26,234 nucleotides of DNA, taken from an uncultured Burkholderiaceae bacterium. Its GTDB lineage: Bacteria > Pseudomonadota > Gammaproteobacteria > Burkholderiales > Burkholderiaceae_C. The translations under genes were made by a program, and so were the position numbers. Shown here piece by piece: positions 17,632 through 25,447 of this stretch. Position 1 is the stretch's first letter. Every line of letters begins with the position of its first letter. The stretch is from NCBI GenBank assembly GCA_964432095.1, contig CAYSMM010000002.1, positions 1 through 26,234 on the forward strand, given 5' to 3'. Below the pieces are notes generated by a model that saw only the letters and a list, made by a program, of their open reading frames with translations, searched no databases and had not been told where the DNA came from.

Positions 17632-19011
17632 ATGACGAAATTGATTCGCAGTGTGTGGCTGTCGTTGCGTGAGGGCCTGCTGGTGTGGGCGCCGTTCGTG
17701 ATGCTGACTTTGCTGCTGCTGGCGCTGGCGTACTGGGTGCTCAAGCCCACGCCACCCAAGCAGGTGATGCTGGCTACGGGCCCTGAGCAGGGCGCGTACG
17801 ACACCTTCGGCAAGCTGTATGCGCAGGCGCTGGCGCGCTATGGCATCACAGTGCAAACCCAGCGAAGTGCGGGCTCGGTGGCCAACCTCGGCAAGCTGCG
17901 TAGCGCCCCCGCCGAGGTGCAGATCGCGTTTGTGCAAGGCGGCAGTGCACCGGCCGAGTTACGGCAGGCCGCGGATGATGATGTACTGGGCAGCAGCAGC
18001 GAGCTGGTATCGCTGGGCAGTTTGTTTTATGAGCCGGTGTGGCTGTTCTACCGCGAGGACGCCGTTCGGCGCGCAGCCGGTGCGCGCACGCCCCGGCCGG
18101 TGCCTGCGCCTGCGGTGCTCGATTCGCTGGATGGCCTGCGTGGCTGGCGCGTGAATGTGGGCACCGAGGGCAGCGGCATCACGCCGGTGGTGATGCACCT
18201 GCTGGACGCCAACAACATCGACGCGAAAGAGCTGACACTGCTGCGGCTGGATCACACGCCGGGTGTCATCGAGCTGCTGGAGGCGCGTGCCGATGCGATG
18301 TTTTTTGTGAGCGCGCCCGAAAGCCCGCTCATCCAGATGCTGCTGCAAACACCGGGTATCCGCCTGTTTGACTTTGCGCAGGCCGAGGCGTATTCACGCC
18401 GCTTTCCATACTTGAGCCATGTCACGCTGCCGCGCGGCATCGTGGATTTGGGCCGCGACATTCCAAGTCAAGACTATCGCTTGATCGCGCCGACGGCCAC
18501 GTTGCTGGCACGGCGTGATCTGCACCCGGCGCTGATGCAGTTGTTCATGCAGGCCGCGGGGCAGATTCACGGCAGTGCGGGCTGGTTTCGCAAGGCCGGG
18601 GAGTTTCCGAGCGCGCGCAACAACGAGTTTCCGGTGGCCGAGGAGGCGCAGAAGTTTTTGCGCAATGGCCCGCCGCTGCTGCAGCGCTACCTGCCGTTCT
18701 GGCTGGCCAATCTCATCGAGCGCATGTGGGTGGTGTTGGCCGCCATCATTGCGGTGATGCTGCCGCTGTCGCGAATCGTGCCGCCGCTGTATGAGTTTCG
18801 CATCCGCTCACGCATCTTCCGCTGGTACGGCCAGTTGCGCGCGATCGAGGAAAGCCTGAGCAAACCTGGCGCAGACCGCGAGGCACAGCTCGCGCAGCTC
18901 AACGCGATGGAGCAGCGCGTGGAGCGCATTGCCGTGCCGCTGTCGTATGCTGACGAGCTGTATGCGCTGCGTCAGCACATCGACTTGGTGCGTTCGCGTG
19001 CGAGGGCCTAG
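17632..19011 (+). CDS. TAXI-family TRAP solute-binding protein with terminal TM segments
   Basis: LATGPEQGAY, SAGSVANL, IAFVQGG, LGSLFYEPVWLFYR, VNVGTEGSG, LPRGIVDL; C-terminal hydrophobic segment. Confidence 0.85.
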   Translation: MTKLIRSVWLSLREGLLVWAPFVMLTLLLLALAYWVLKPTPPKQVMLATGPEQGAYDTFGKLYAQALARYGITVQTQRSAGSVANLGKLRSAPAEVQIAFVQGGSAPAELRQAADDDVLGSSSELVSLGSLFYEPVWLFYREDAVRRAAGARTPRPVPAPAVLDSLDGLRGWRVNVGTEGSGITPVVMHLLDANNIDAKELTLLRLDHTPGVIELLEARADAMFFVSAPESPLIQMLLQTPGIRLFDFAQAEAYSRRFPYLSHVTLPRGIVDLGRDIPSQDYRLIAPTATLLARRDLHPALMQLFMQAAGQIHGSAGWFRKAGEFPSARNNEFPVAEEAQKFLRNGPPLLQRYLPFWLANLIERMWVVLAAIIAVMLPLSRIVPPLYEFRIRSRIFRWYGQLRAIEESLSKPGADREAQLAQLNAMEQRVERIAVPLSYADELYALRQHIDLVRSRARA

Positions 19012-19033
19012 ACTACTTAATTCAGAATCAATG

Positions 19034-19104
19034 ATACACAAATGAGTATAATGCCATCACTGGTTTTTATGAGATCAGAAACGGCACTATAGTAATGACA
19101 GTAT
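19034..19104 (+). repeat. 71-bp dyad-symmetric intergenic element, copy H
   Basis: ATAC-acaaatga-GTATA-atgccatc-ACTGG-tttttatgaga-TCAGA-aacggcac-TATAG-taatgaca-GTAT; shares ACTGGTTTTTA and ACAGTATCAATGT with copy A. Confidence 0.88.
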
Positions 19105-19258
19105 CAATGTTTCAGGAAACGCTGAATAAGCTTGGCGAGCGGGTGCAAGGCAAGGAACGGGGCCCAATAAGAGCCAGAGCTTACTCAAGCGTAAGTGAGG
19201 GTTCTTGTTGGGCTGTGACGTAGCATTGCGCCCGCGCAGCCGCTTAGGCAGCGTTTTC

Positions 19259-20482
19259 CTAGAAGTTGCGAGTGATGCCCAGCTGCAGCACACTAGCCTT
19301 CAGCGGCTCGATGCCAGGGCTGCCTTCGCCGCCGATGCGCCAGTCACTTTTCTGCTGGTAAGCCTCGAACTTGCCGTCCACCAGCCAGTCTTTGGTGATC
19401 TGATAATTCGCCTTCAGGCCCAGCGTCACCGCACCGAAAGCCGACAGGCGATGATCGACCGAGCGGTAGCGGTCAGGCGTAAACGTAAACAATGCCAGCG
19501 GCACTTGTGACACCGGGCTAGTGGGGTCGGGGTCGTAGTAAAACGCCGCCGAGTTTTGCGTGTAATAGCGCAAGCTGGGCGTCAGCGTGAGCTTGGGCGA
19601 CACCGGCTGTGCCCAGTCCACCTCCACCGAATGGCCGCGGATATTGAACGTGTCGGCGTAGTAGCGGTAGGCCATGCGCAGCGCAGCATCGGTGCGCTTG
19701 ATGTAGTGGTTCCAGCGCACCAGGAAGATGTCCTGGTCGCGGAACAGCGGACGGCGGTCCAGTAGCCGGTATGGGTCGTTGTAGGCCGATGTGCCCACGC
19801 GCATGTTGGTGCTCTTGCCCTCATTGCGCGTGTAGGTGAACTGCATGATGTCGTTTTGCGAGACCACTTGCGTGAGGCCCAGCGACAGCTCGTTGATCCG
19901 CTTGTCGCCCCACACGGTGGGGCTTTCCTCAGGCCCACGTACCGTGTCGCGCGAGACGCCGACGCCTACATTCAGCGTGGTGTTCTTGCTCTCGGTGGAA
20001 ATGCTGCCGCTGACGCCAAAGCCGCGAGATGAGTAATCGTCTTCATCGGAGGTGGCCACGTTGGCCGACAGTGTGCCGCGCGAGAAGTAGCGAGTGACCT
20101 TCAGGCTTGCGCCGGTGCGTTTGTCTTCCATGCGCGAGGCGCTGGACACCACGGAGTAGGCGCGCGGCGTGGCGCCCGATACCCCGTCGTACTCGGCCGA
20201 GGCCTCCACACTCCACTGCCCTGCAATCGGCACCACGAGATGCACGGACGGTTGATTCACGGTAATGCGATCAAGCCCTGGCTGAGCGTCTTTGTAGCGC
20301 AGGTAACGCAAAGAGATGCTGCCGTTTTCAGGAATCTGCTGCGCCTGCGCCGTGCCAGGCAGGGCCACCATACCCGGCAGTGCGAGCGCTGCACAACTCA
20401 GCGCGGCAAGTTGGGCCGAGACGGTCGGCGCGTGTTTCGCAGACTTGCGGATGTTTTTTACCTTAGTTTTTTTGTGCTTCAT
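19259..20482 (-). CDS. DUF3570-family outer-membrane beta-barrel protein
   Basis: Signal peptide, alternating beta strands, DGVSGAT, YRYYADTFNIRGHSVE, C-terminal RNF; located downstream of DUF4266 and TlpA. Confidence 0.85.
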   Translation of the reverse strand: MKHKKTKVKNIRKSAKHAPTVSAQLAALSCAALALPGMVALPGTAQAQQIPENGSISLRYLRYKDAQPGLDRITVNQPSVHLVVPIAGQWSVEASAEYDGVSGATPRAYSVVSSASRMEDKRTGASLKVTRYFSRGTLSANVATSDEDDYSSRGFGVSGSISTESKNTTLNVGVGVSRDTVRGPEESPTVWGDKRINELSLGLTQVVSQNDIMQFTYTRNEGKSTNMRVGTSAYNDPYRLLDRRPLFRDQDIFLVRWNHYIKRTDAALRMAYRYYADTFNIRGHSVEVDWAQPVSPKLTLTPSLRYYTQNSAAFYYDPDPTSPVSQVPLALFTFTPDRYRSVDHRLSAFGAVTLGLKANYQITKDWLVDGKFEAYQQKSDWRIGGEGSPGIEPLKASVLQLGITRNF

Positions 20483-20587
20483 CTGATGTTTCGTAGTGAA
20501 ATACCGAAGCGCGTGCAAGCAGTGGCGAAACTAGCAGTCGCTTTGATGCTGCACTACGCCCGTACAGCCGAATGAGGCAGCAGCTTC

Positions 20588-20857
20588 TCAGTTGCAGCCG
20601 CAGCCACCGCCACCCACCCCATAGCCGCCTTGCGCATTTTCCTTACTGTTGTACACATGCGCGCGCGCGCGCTGGTCAGCACCGCCCCCGTCAAGGCGCA
20701 TCTGCGGTTTGGCTAGGTTGCCCTTCTCCCAAGGTTGCACCTGGCCGAGCTTGCTGCCCGCACAGCCCGTGAGCGCAAGCGCTGCGAGGCCTACGGCCGC
20801 GATGCGCACCCAGTGCCCTGCGCCGTGTTGTGTCCCATGTATTGCCGTCAATGTCAT
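20588..20857 (-). CDS. DUF4266-family lipoprotein
   Basis: Lipobox LTGC; VQPWEKGNLA..M....HVYNSKE.A.GG.GVGGGGCGCN. Confidence 0.88.
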   Translation of the reverse strand: MTLTAIHGTQHGAGHWVRIAAVGLAALALTGCAGSKLGQVQPWEKGNLAKPQMRLDGGGADQRARAHVYNSKENAQGGYGVGGGGCGCN

Positions 20858-20902
20858 TGCGTCGTTCCTGTCCGGGAAATTGAATCGATAGTCAATCAGT
20901 CG

Positions 20903-21427
20903 CTAGTTGGCAGCTTTCACAGCCTGGGAGATTTTTTCTTCCAGTTCTTTGGTCATAGCGGTGTTGAAGCCCGAGTGCACTGCCAGCACTTTGCCGTCGC
21001 GCCCCACCAGCACCGAGCTGGGCATACCCTTGACCTTGTATTGCTTGGGCGACTGCGCGGTAGCGTCGAACGCCACGGCAAACTTGGCAGGCACCTCGCT
21101 CAAAAACTGCTGTGCCAGCTTGCGCTCGTTATCCAGGTTGATCGCCACCACCTTGAAGCCTTGCTCGCCGTACTTGGATTGCATCGCATTCATCCACGGG
21201 AAGGATTCACGGCACGGCGCGCACCACGATGCCCAAAAATCCACGTACACCACTTGGCCTTTCAAATCGGCCAGGCGCACTTGCTGGCCGGGCATTACGC
21301 CGGGCAGCTCGAACGCTGGTGCAGCCTGGCCTGGCTGTGCCGCATGCGATGCACCGCTAAGCGAGGCCATGGCAGTGACCGCAGCCACAACCAGCGCTGT
21401 GTTGAGTTTCTTCTTGGGGATCATCAC
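20903..21427 (-). CDS. TlpA-family thiol:disulfide oxidoreductase
   Basis: Signal peptide, AP.FEL, VVYVDFWASWCAPCRESFPWMN, GMPSSVLVGRDG. Confidence 0.93.
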   Translation of the reverse strand: MMIPKKKLNTALVVAAVTAMASLSGASHAAQPGQAAPAFELPGVMPGQQVRLADLKGQVVYVDFWASWCAPCRESFPWMNAMQSKYGEQGFKVVAINLDNERKLAQQFLSEVPAKFAVAFDATAQSPKQYKVKGMPSSVLVGRDGKVLAVHSGFNTAMTKELEEKISQAVKAAN

Positions 21428-21984
21428 TTCTCACCTTGTTGAACCGCTTGAGCCGAACGCCTGTCGGCGCGGCTTTGCCACAGGCGCCACGCCAGCACAC
21501 CGGTAGCCAATGCCGCCATCAATGCCAGCAGCGGATCCACCAGGCTCGTGCGGCCCACGGCGATGGTGCAGCCACCGCCACCTACATTGGTGGGTTCACT
21601 GGTTGTCGCCGTACTACCGCTACCGCCACTGCTGGGAGGAGGATTACCCACTGCCGATGGGTTGGCCAGGTATGCCGCGATATCCGCGTAGTCGGCCGTC
21701 ACCATGTATTGGCCGATGTAGCCCATTGCGCCTTTGTTCTGCCCGACTGCTGTGGCAATCAAGCCGGGGTTATTGGCAGCCCGGCGTGCAATGCTGTCAG
21801 GTGGGCTGCTGTGGCAACCCGCGCAACTAGAAGGGCTACCCGTCGTACCGGGCAAGGTGAAGTACAAATCGCGCCCGCGTTGGGCGTTTTGTGCGAAAGC
21901 CGGGCTGAGGGCGCTGAACGCGGCGATGGCTAGCGCAGCGCAGGCAGCAGGCAGTGCAGACTGAGGGCGTATTCCGGGGTGCAT
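21424..21984 (-). CDS. Small monoheme c-type cytochrome with a JDVT-CTERM-like sorting tail
   Basis: Signal peptide, CAGCH (21811-21825), distal AMG, Ser/Gly linker, then GGGGCT...DP, a TM helix and basic residues; ATGA overlap with tlpA. Confidence 0.8.
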   Translation of the reverse strand: MHPGIRPQSALPAACAALAIAAFSALSPAFAQNAQRGRDLYFTLPGTTGSPSSCAGCHSSPPDSIARRAANNPGLIATAVGQNKGAMGYIGQYMVTADYADIAAYLANPSAVGNPPPSSGGSGSTATTSEPTNVGGGGCTIAVGRTSLVDPLLALMAALATGVLAWRLWQSRADRRSAQAVQQGEK

Positions 21985-22244
21985 CGAGAGTCTCTTTTTT
22001 CTTGCTACGGCTCGCAGGATCGACTACCGCAATCATCTGAAAACCTTAACGAAATTCCGCTTCTAATACAGTAACAGAGGGTGAGTTGAGTCAGTGTTAC
22101 AACATTGCGCCATCCGTCCCGCCGAGGAGCGACTGTTGTACTGTCATCACAGTCGTTGAATAATGAGACAGAATTTGCGACGTTTTCGCGGCTTGGCGTA
22201 ACCGCCCAGCCGTACTTAACAAGGCGCAAGCCTGGAGGTGTGAT

Positions 22245-22802
22245 TTGCGGGTGCTCAGACTAGACGTAGCCGGCCTTCCGCGGGAGTGGCTGACAACAAC
22301 CGAGGCGGCCTTGCTCTACGCCACCGATTGCGTGGTGTGGACGCTGGGCGACCCGTTCGCGCGCCTGCGCGGTGGCGTACAGCGCGCCACGGGCGTGCAG
22401 TCGCGCATCGACGTGCACCCCATCATTGCTACCCGTGGCGCGGCGCCCAACTTCGTGTTCGGGCAGACGCCGTCGCTGTCGAACCGCAAGCTGTTCGCGC
22501 GCGACCGGCATATCTGCGCCTATTGCGGCGGGCATTTCCACAGCGACCATTTGACGCGTGACCATATCGTAGCCACCTCGCGCGGTGGGCACGACACGTG
22601 GATGAACTGCGTCACGGCTTGTCGCACTTGCAACGGTTTGAAAGGCAGCAAGCTGCCCGAAGAGGCGGCCATGCCGCTGCTTTATCTGCCCTATGTGCCC
22701 AATTTGCACGAGGACATGATCTTGCGCGAGCGTCAGATTCTGGCCGATCAGATGGAGTTTTTGCGTGCAAGCCTTCCCAAGCACAGCCGCCTTCATAGCT
22801 AA
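22245..22802 (+). CDS. HNH endonuclease
   Basis: LFARDRHICAYCG...LTRDHIV..SRGG.DTWMNCVTACRTCNGLKG; TTG start 6 nt after GGAGG. Confidence 0.92.
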   Translation: MRVLRLDVAGLPREWLTTTEAALLYATDCVVWTLGDPFARLRGGVQRATGVQSRIDVHPIIATRGAAPNFVFGQTPSLSNRKLFARDRHICAYCGGHFHSDHLTRDHIVATSRGGHDTWMNCVTACRTCNGLKGSKLPEEAAMPLLYLPYVPNLHEDMILRERQILADQMEFLRASLPKHSRLHS

Positions 22803-22811
22803 CGGATTCTT

Positions 22812-22881
22812 ATACTATAACGACTATCATAGTTTATTCTTCTACGAGCGGCCAGTGATTGCACTATAGATAGTGTAGTAT
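22812..22881 (-). repeat. Dyad-symmetric intergenic element, copy I (70 bp, one base short)
   Basis: Minus strand: ATAC-tacactat-CTATA-gtgcaatc-ACTGG-ccgctcgtag-AAGAA-taaactat-GATAG-tcgttata-GTAT; fills 70 of the 83 intergenic bases. Confidence 0.75.
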
Positions 22882-22885
22882 CGTC

Positions 22886-23536
22886 TCATAAGCTCAATTG
22901 CAAATCTTCTGGCCGGTCGATATCTCGTAGCGCGCCGGGGTCGTTCACATCGCACATCTGCAACTGCAGCGCATGAGCTTGCAGCAGCGTGCGCGCGCCC
23001 TCGTCGCCAGTGAGTTGCGTCAGCGACAGCAGGTGCTGCGCGGCAAAGCCCACCGGGTGACCACGCTGCCCCTGGTGGCAAGCCACGGCGATGGACGCGC
23101 CGGCCTCGACAGCGCTGCGCACTGCGGCGACGGTGGCTGTTTGCACGAATGGCAAATCGCCCAGCAGCAACACACAGCCAGAGGCACGCAACTCGATGAG
23201 CCGCCTGGCGCCGGCGGCAATGCTATCGCCCAGTCCAGGTCCAAGGGCGGGTTCATCCTGCGGCCTGGCCTGTGGATGCGGTGCGTCGAGCTCCACCACG
23301 TCAAAGCCCAGTTCGTGCAGCGTTGCACAGTGCGCAGAGCCATGGCGCACCACTGCCACGCTCAGCGGGCAAGCGGCGATGAGGCGTTGCGCGCTCCTCT
23401 GCAGCACGCTTTGCGGTGCGCTGTCCGGGGGGCCAGGCACGCGGGCCGCGAGTTTGTCGCTGCCAAAGCGGCGGCTGTAGCCCGCGGCCAGCAGCAGGCC
23501 CATGACCTGCGGCACTTGATCCACGCCGTCAGGCAT
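22886..23536 (-). CDS. MobA-like NTP transferase (MocA-type molybdenum cofactor cytidylyltransferase-like)
   Basis: LLLAAGYSRRFGSDKL, GLGDSIAAG, LLGDLP, GQRGHPVGF, LTGDEGAR, DIDRPEDL. Confidence 0.9.
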   Translation of the reverse strand: MPDGVDQVPQVMGLLLAAGYSRRFGSDKLAARVPGPPDSAPQSVLQRSAQRLIAACPLSVAVVRHGSAHCATLHELGFDVVELDAPHPQARPQDEPALGPGLGDSIAAGARRLIELRASGCVLLLGDLPFVQTATVAAVRSAVEAGASIAVACHQGQRGHPVGFAAQHLLSLTQLTGDEGARTLLQAHALQLQMCDVNDPGALRDIDRPEDLQLSL

Positions 23537-23954
23537 TCAGGACGTTGAGCTGCACGTCGATGTTGCCGCGTGTGGCGTTGGAGTACGGGCACACCTGATG
23601 CGCCGCATGCACGAGCTCAGTGGCGCCGGCCGCGTCCAGGCCATCTACTTTCACGTCGAGCACGGCATTGAGCAGAAAGCCGCCGCCCGCCTTGGGGCTG
23701 ATGCCGACATGGCAATCCACATGTACACCCGTCACCGGCAGCTTTTGCATCTTGGCCAGGAACTCGCAGGCGCTGCCGAAGCAGGCCGCGTAGCCCGCGG
23801 CAAACAACTGCTCGGGGTTGGTTTTGCCGGCGCCGCCCGGGCCGCCCATCTCCTTGGGCACGGCGAGGGAAAAGTCCACCACGCCGTCGGACGATCTGAC
23901 GGCGCCGTTGCGGCCGCCGCTGGCGTGTGCGTGTGCGGTGTAAAGCGCGCTCAT
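23529..23954 (-). CDS. ohr: Organic hydroperoxide resistance protein
   Basis: LYTA.A.ASGGRNG, PKEMGGPG, TNPEQLFAAGYAACF, AHQVCPYSNATRGN; AAGGAG RBS; start moved to 23954. Confidence 0.95.
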   Translation of the reverse strand: MSALYTAHAHASGGRNGAVRSSDGVVDFSLAVPKEMGGPGGAGKTNPEQLFAAGYAACFGSACEFLAKMQKLPVTGVHVDCHVGISPKAGGGFLLNAVLDVKVDGLDAAGATELVHAAHQVCPYSNATRGNIDVQLNVLNA

Positions 23955-24145
23955 GGGTTGCTCCTTGAAAGTGGATATCCATGATGCCAGCATTCCAAGC
24001 TCCGCGCTCGATGAGTGGCTGCGCAAGCCTTTCGGTCGGCTGTGAAATTTCCAGTCAAAAGCTGCGGTTTGCCCTAGCCGCAGATGTGCCGTAATTTCAC
24101 GCGGCTGCTTCTACATTGACGCCATCACAACGCGAAGGAGCAGCC

Positions 24146-25261
24146 ATGCGAATCGGTGTCCCCAAAGAGATCAAGCCGCAAGAAAACCGTGTGGGCCTGA
24201 CCCCTGACAGCGTACAAGAGCTCACGCGCGCCGGGCATGCGGTGCTGGTGCAGACGCAGGCGGGTGCGGGAATCGGTTGCGATGACGCGGCCTATCGCGC
24301 CGCGGGTGCGCAGATCGCTGCGACTGCTGCCGAGGTGTTTGCGGGCACCGACATGATTGTGAAAGTCAAGGAGCCCCAGGCCGTGGAGTGCGGCATGCTG
24401 CGCAAAGGCCAGGTGCTGTTTACTTATCTGCACCTCGCGCCCGACCCCGAGCAGGCCGAGATGCTGCAACAAAGCGGTTGCGTGGCGATTGCCTACGAGA
24501 CGGTCACCTCAGCCAGCGGTGGCTTGCCGTTGCTAGCGCCCATGAGTGAGGTGGCCGGTCGCATGGCGGTGCAAGCCGCGGCGGCGCATCTTGAAAAAAT
24601 CCGCGGGGGCAAAGGCAAGCTGCTGGGCGGCGTGCCGGGTGTTGCGCCCGCGCACGTGCTGGTGCTGGGCGCGGGAGTCGTAGGCACGCATGCCATGCAA
24701 ATGGCCGTGGGGTTGGGTGCGCGAGTGACCGTGATCGACAAATCGCTCGACCGGCTGCGCCAGCTGGACTTGATTTTTGGTAACCGCATTACCACGCGTT
24801 ATTCCACTGCGGCAGCAATCGACGCCTTGCTGCCTGAGGCCGACGCGGTGATCGGCGCGGTGCTCATCCCGGGCGCATCGGCGCCCAAGCTCGTGCGACG
24901 CGAGCACCTGCCGCGCATGGAGCCCGGCACGGTGCTGGTAGACGTGGCCATCGACCAGGGGGGCTGCTTCGAGACGAGCCGTCCCACCACGCATGCCGAG
25001 CCCACGTTCGTGGAGCACGGCGTGGTGCATTACTGCGTCGCCAACATGCCCGGTGGCGTGCCGCGCACCAGCACCTATGCACTCAACAATGCCACGCTGC
25101 CGTTCACGCTGGCGCTGGCCGGCAAAGGCTGGCAGCAGGCGCTGCGCGACGACGCGCACCTGCGCAACGGGCTCAACGTGTGCCAGGGCGCAATCACACA
25201 CCCAGCCGTGGCACAGGCGCTGGGTAAGCCGTTCACCGAGGCGGCCCGGTTGCTCAACTGA
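24146..25261 (+). CDS. ald: Alanine dehydrogenase
   Basis: [69 protein letters not shown]; AAGGAG RBS. Confidence 0.97.
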   Translation: MRIGVPKEIKPQENRVGLTPDSVQELTRAGHAVLVQTQAGAGIGCDDAAYRAAGAQIAATAAEVFAGTDMIVKVKEPQAVECGMLRKGQVLFTYLHLAPDPEQAEMLQQSGCVAIAYETVTSASGGLPLLAPMSEVAGRMAVQAAAAHLEKIRGGKGKLLGGVPGVAPAHVLVLGAGVVGTHAMQMAVGLGARVTVIDKSLDRLRQLDLIFGNRITTRYSTAAAIDALLPEADAVIGAVLIPGASAPKLVRREHLPRMEPGTVLVDVAIDQGGCFETSRPTTHAEPTFVEHGVVHYCVANMPGGVPRTSTYALNNATLPFTLALAGKGWQQALRDDAHLRNGLNVCQGAITHPAVAQALGKPFTEAARLLN

Positions 25262-25357
25262 TTCAAACCGACACCAGATTCGAGGGGGTGGCCGCGGTCA
25301 TTGCGTGATGGAAAGTCACCGAATATCGCATTTGGTCTAGCAATCACCACAGCAAAC

Positions 25358-25385
25358 AAAAAGCCCCCGCACTCAGTGCGAGGGC
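25358..25385 (-). terminator. Intrinsic terminator at the ald/phoX convergent junction
   Basis: Minus strand GCCCTCGCAC-TGA-GTGCGGGGGC followed by TTTTTGTTTG. Confidence 0.75.
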
Positions 25386-25447
25386 AAGCCTGATTCAGGC
25401 GTGTCAACGTTGTTCAAAGAGTATGTGATCGCAATTGAAACGCTTGA

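Noticed and set aside
16466-19104. Inversion of apbE-TAXI between oppositely oriented copies G and H
   Set aside because: Inverting this segment would not restore DUF3570-apbE colinearity, and the spacers of G and H differ, so there is no evidence it flips.
20659-20672. (GC)n run in DUF4266
   Set aside because: It is explained by Arg-Ala codons in high-GC DNA.
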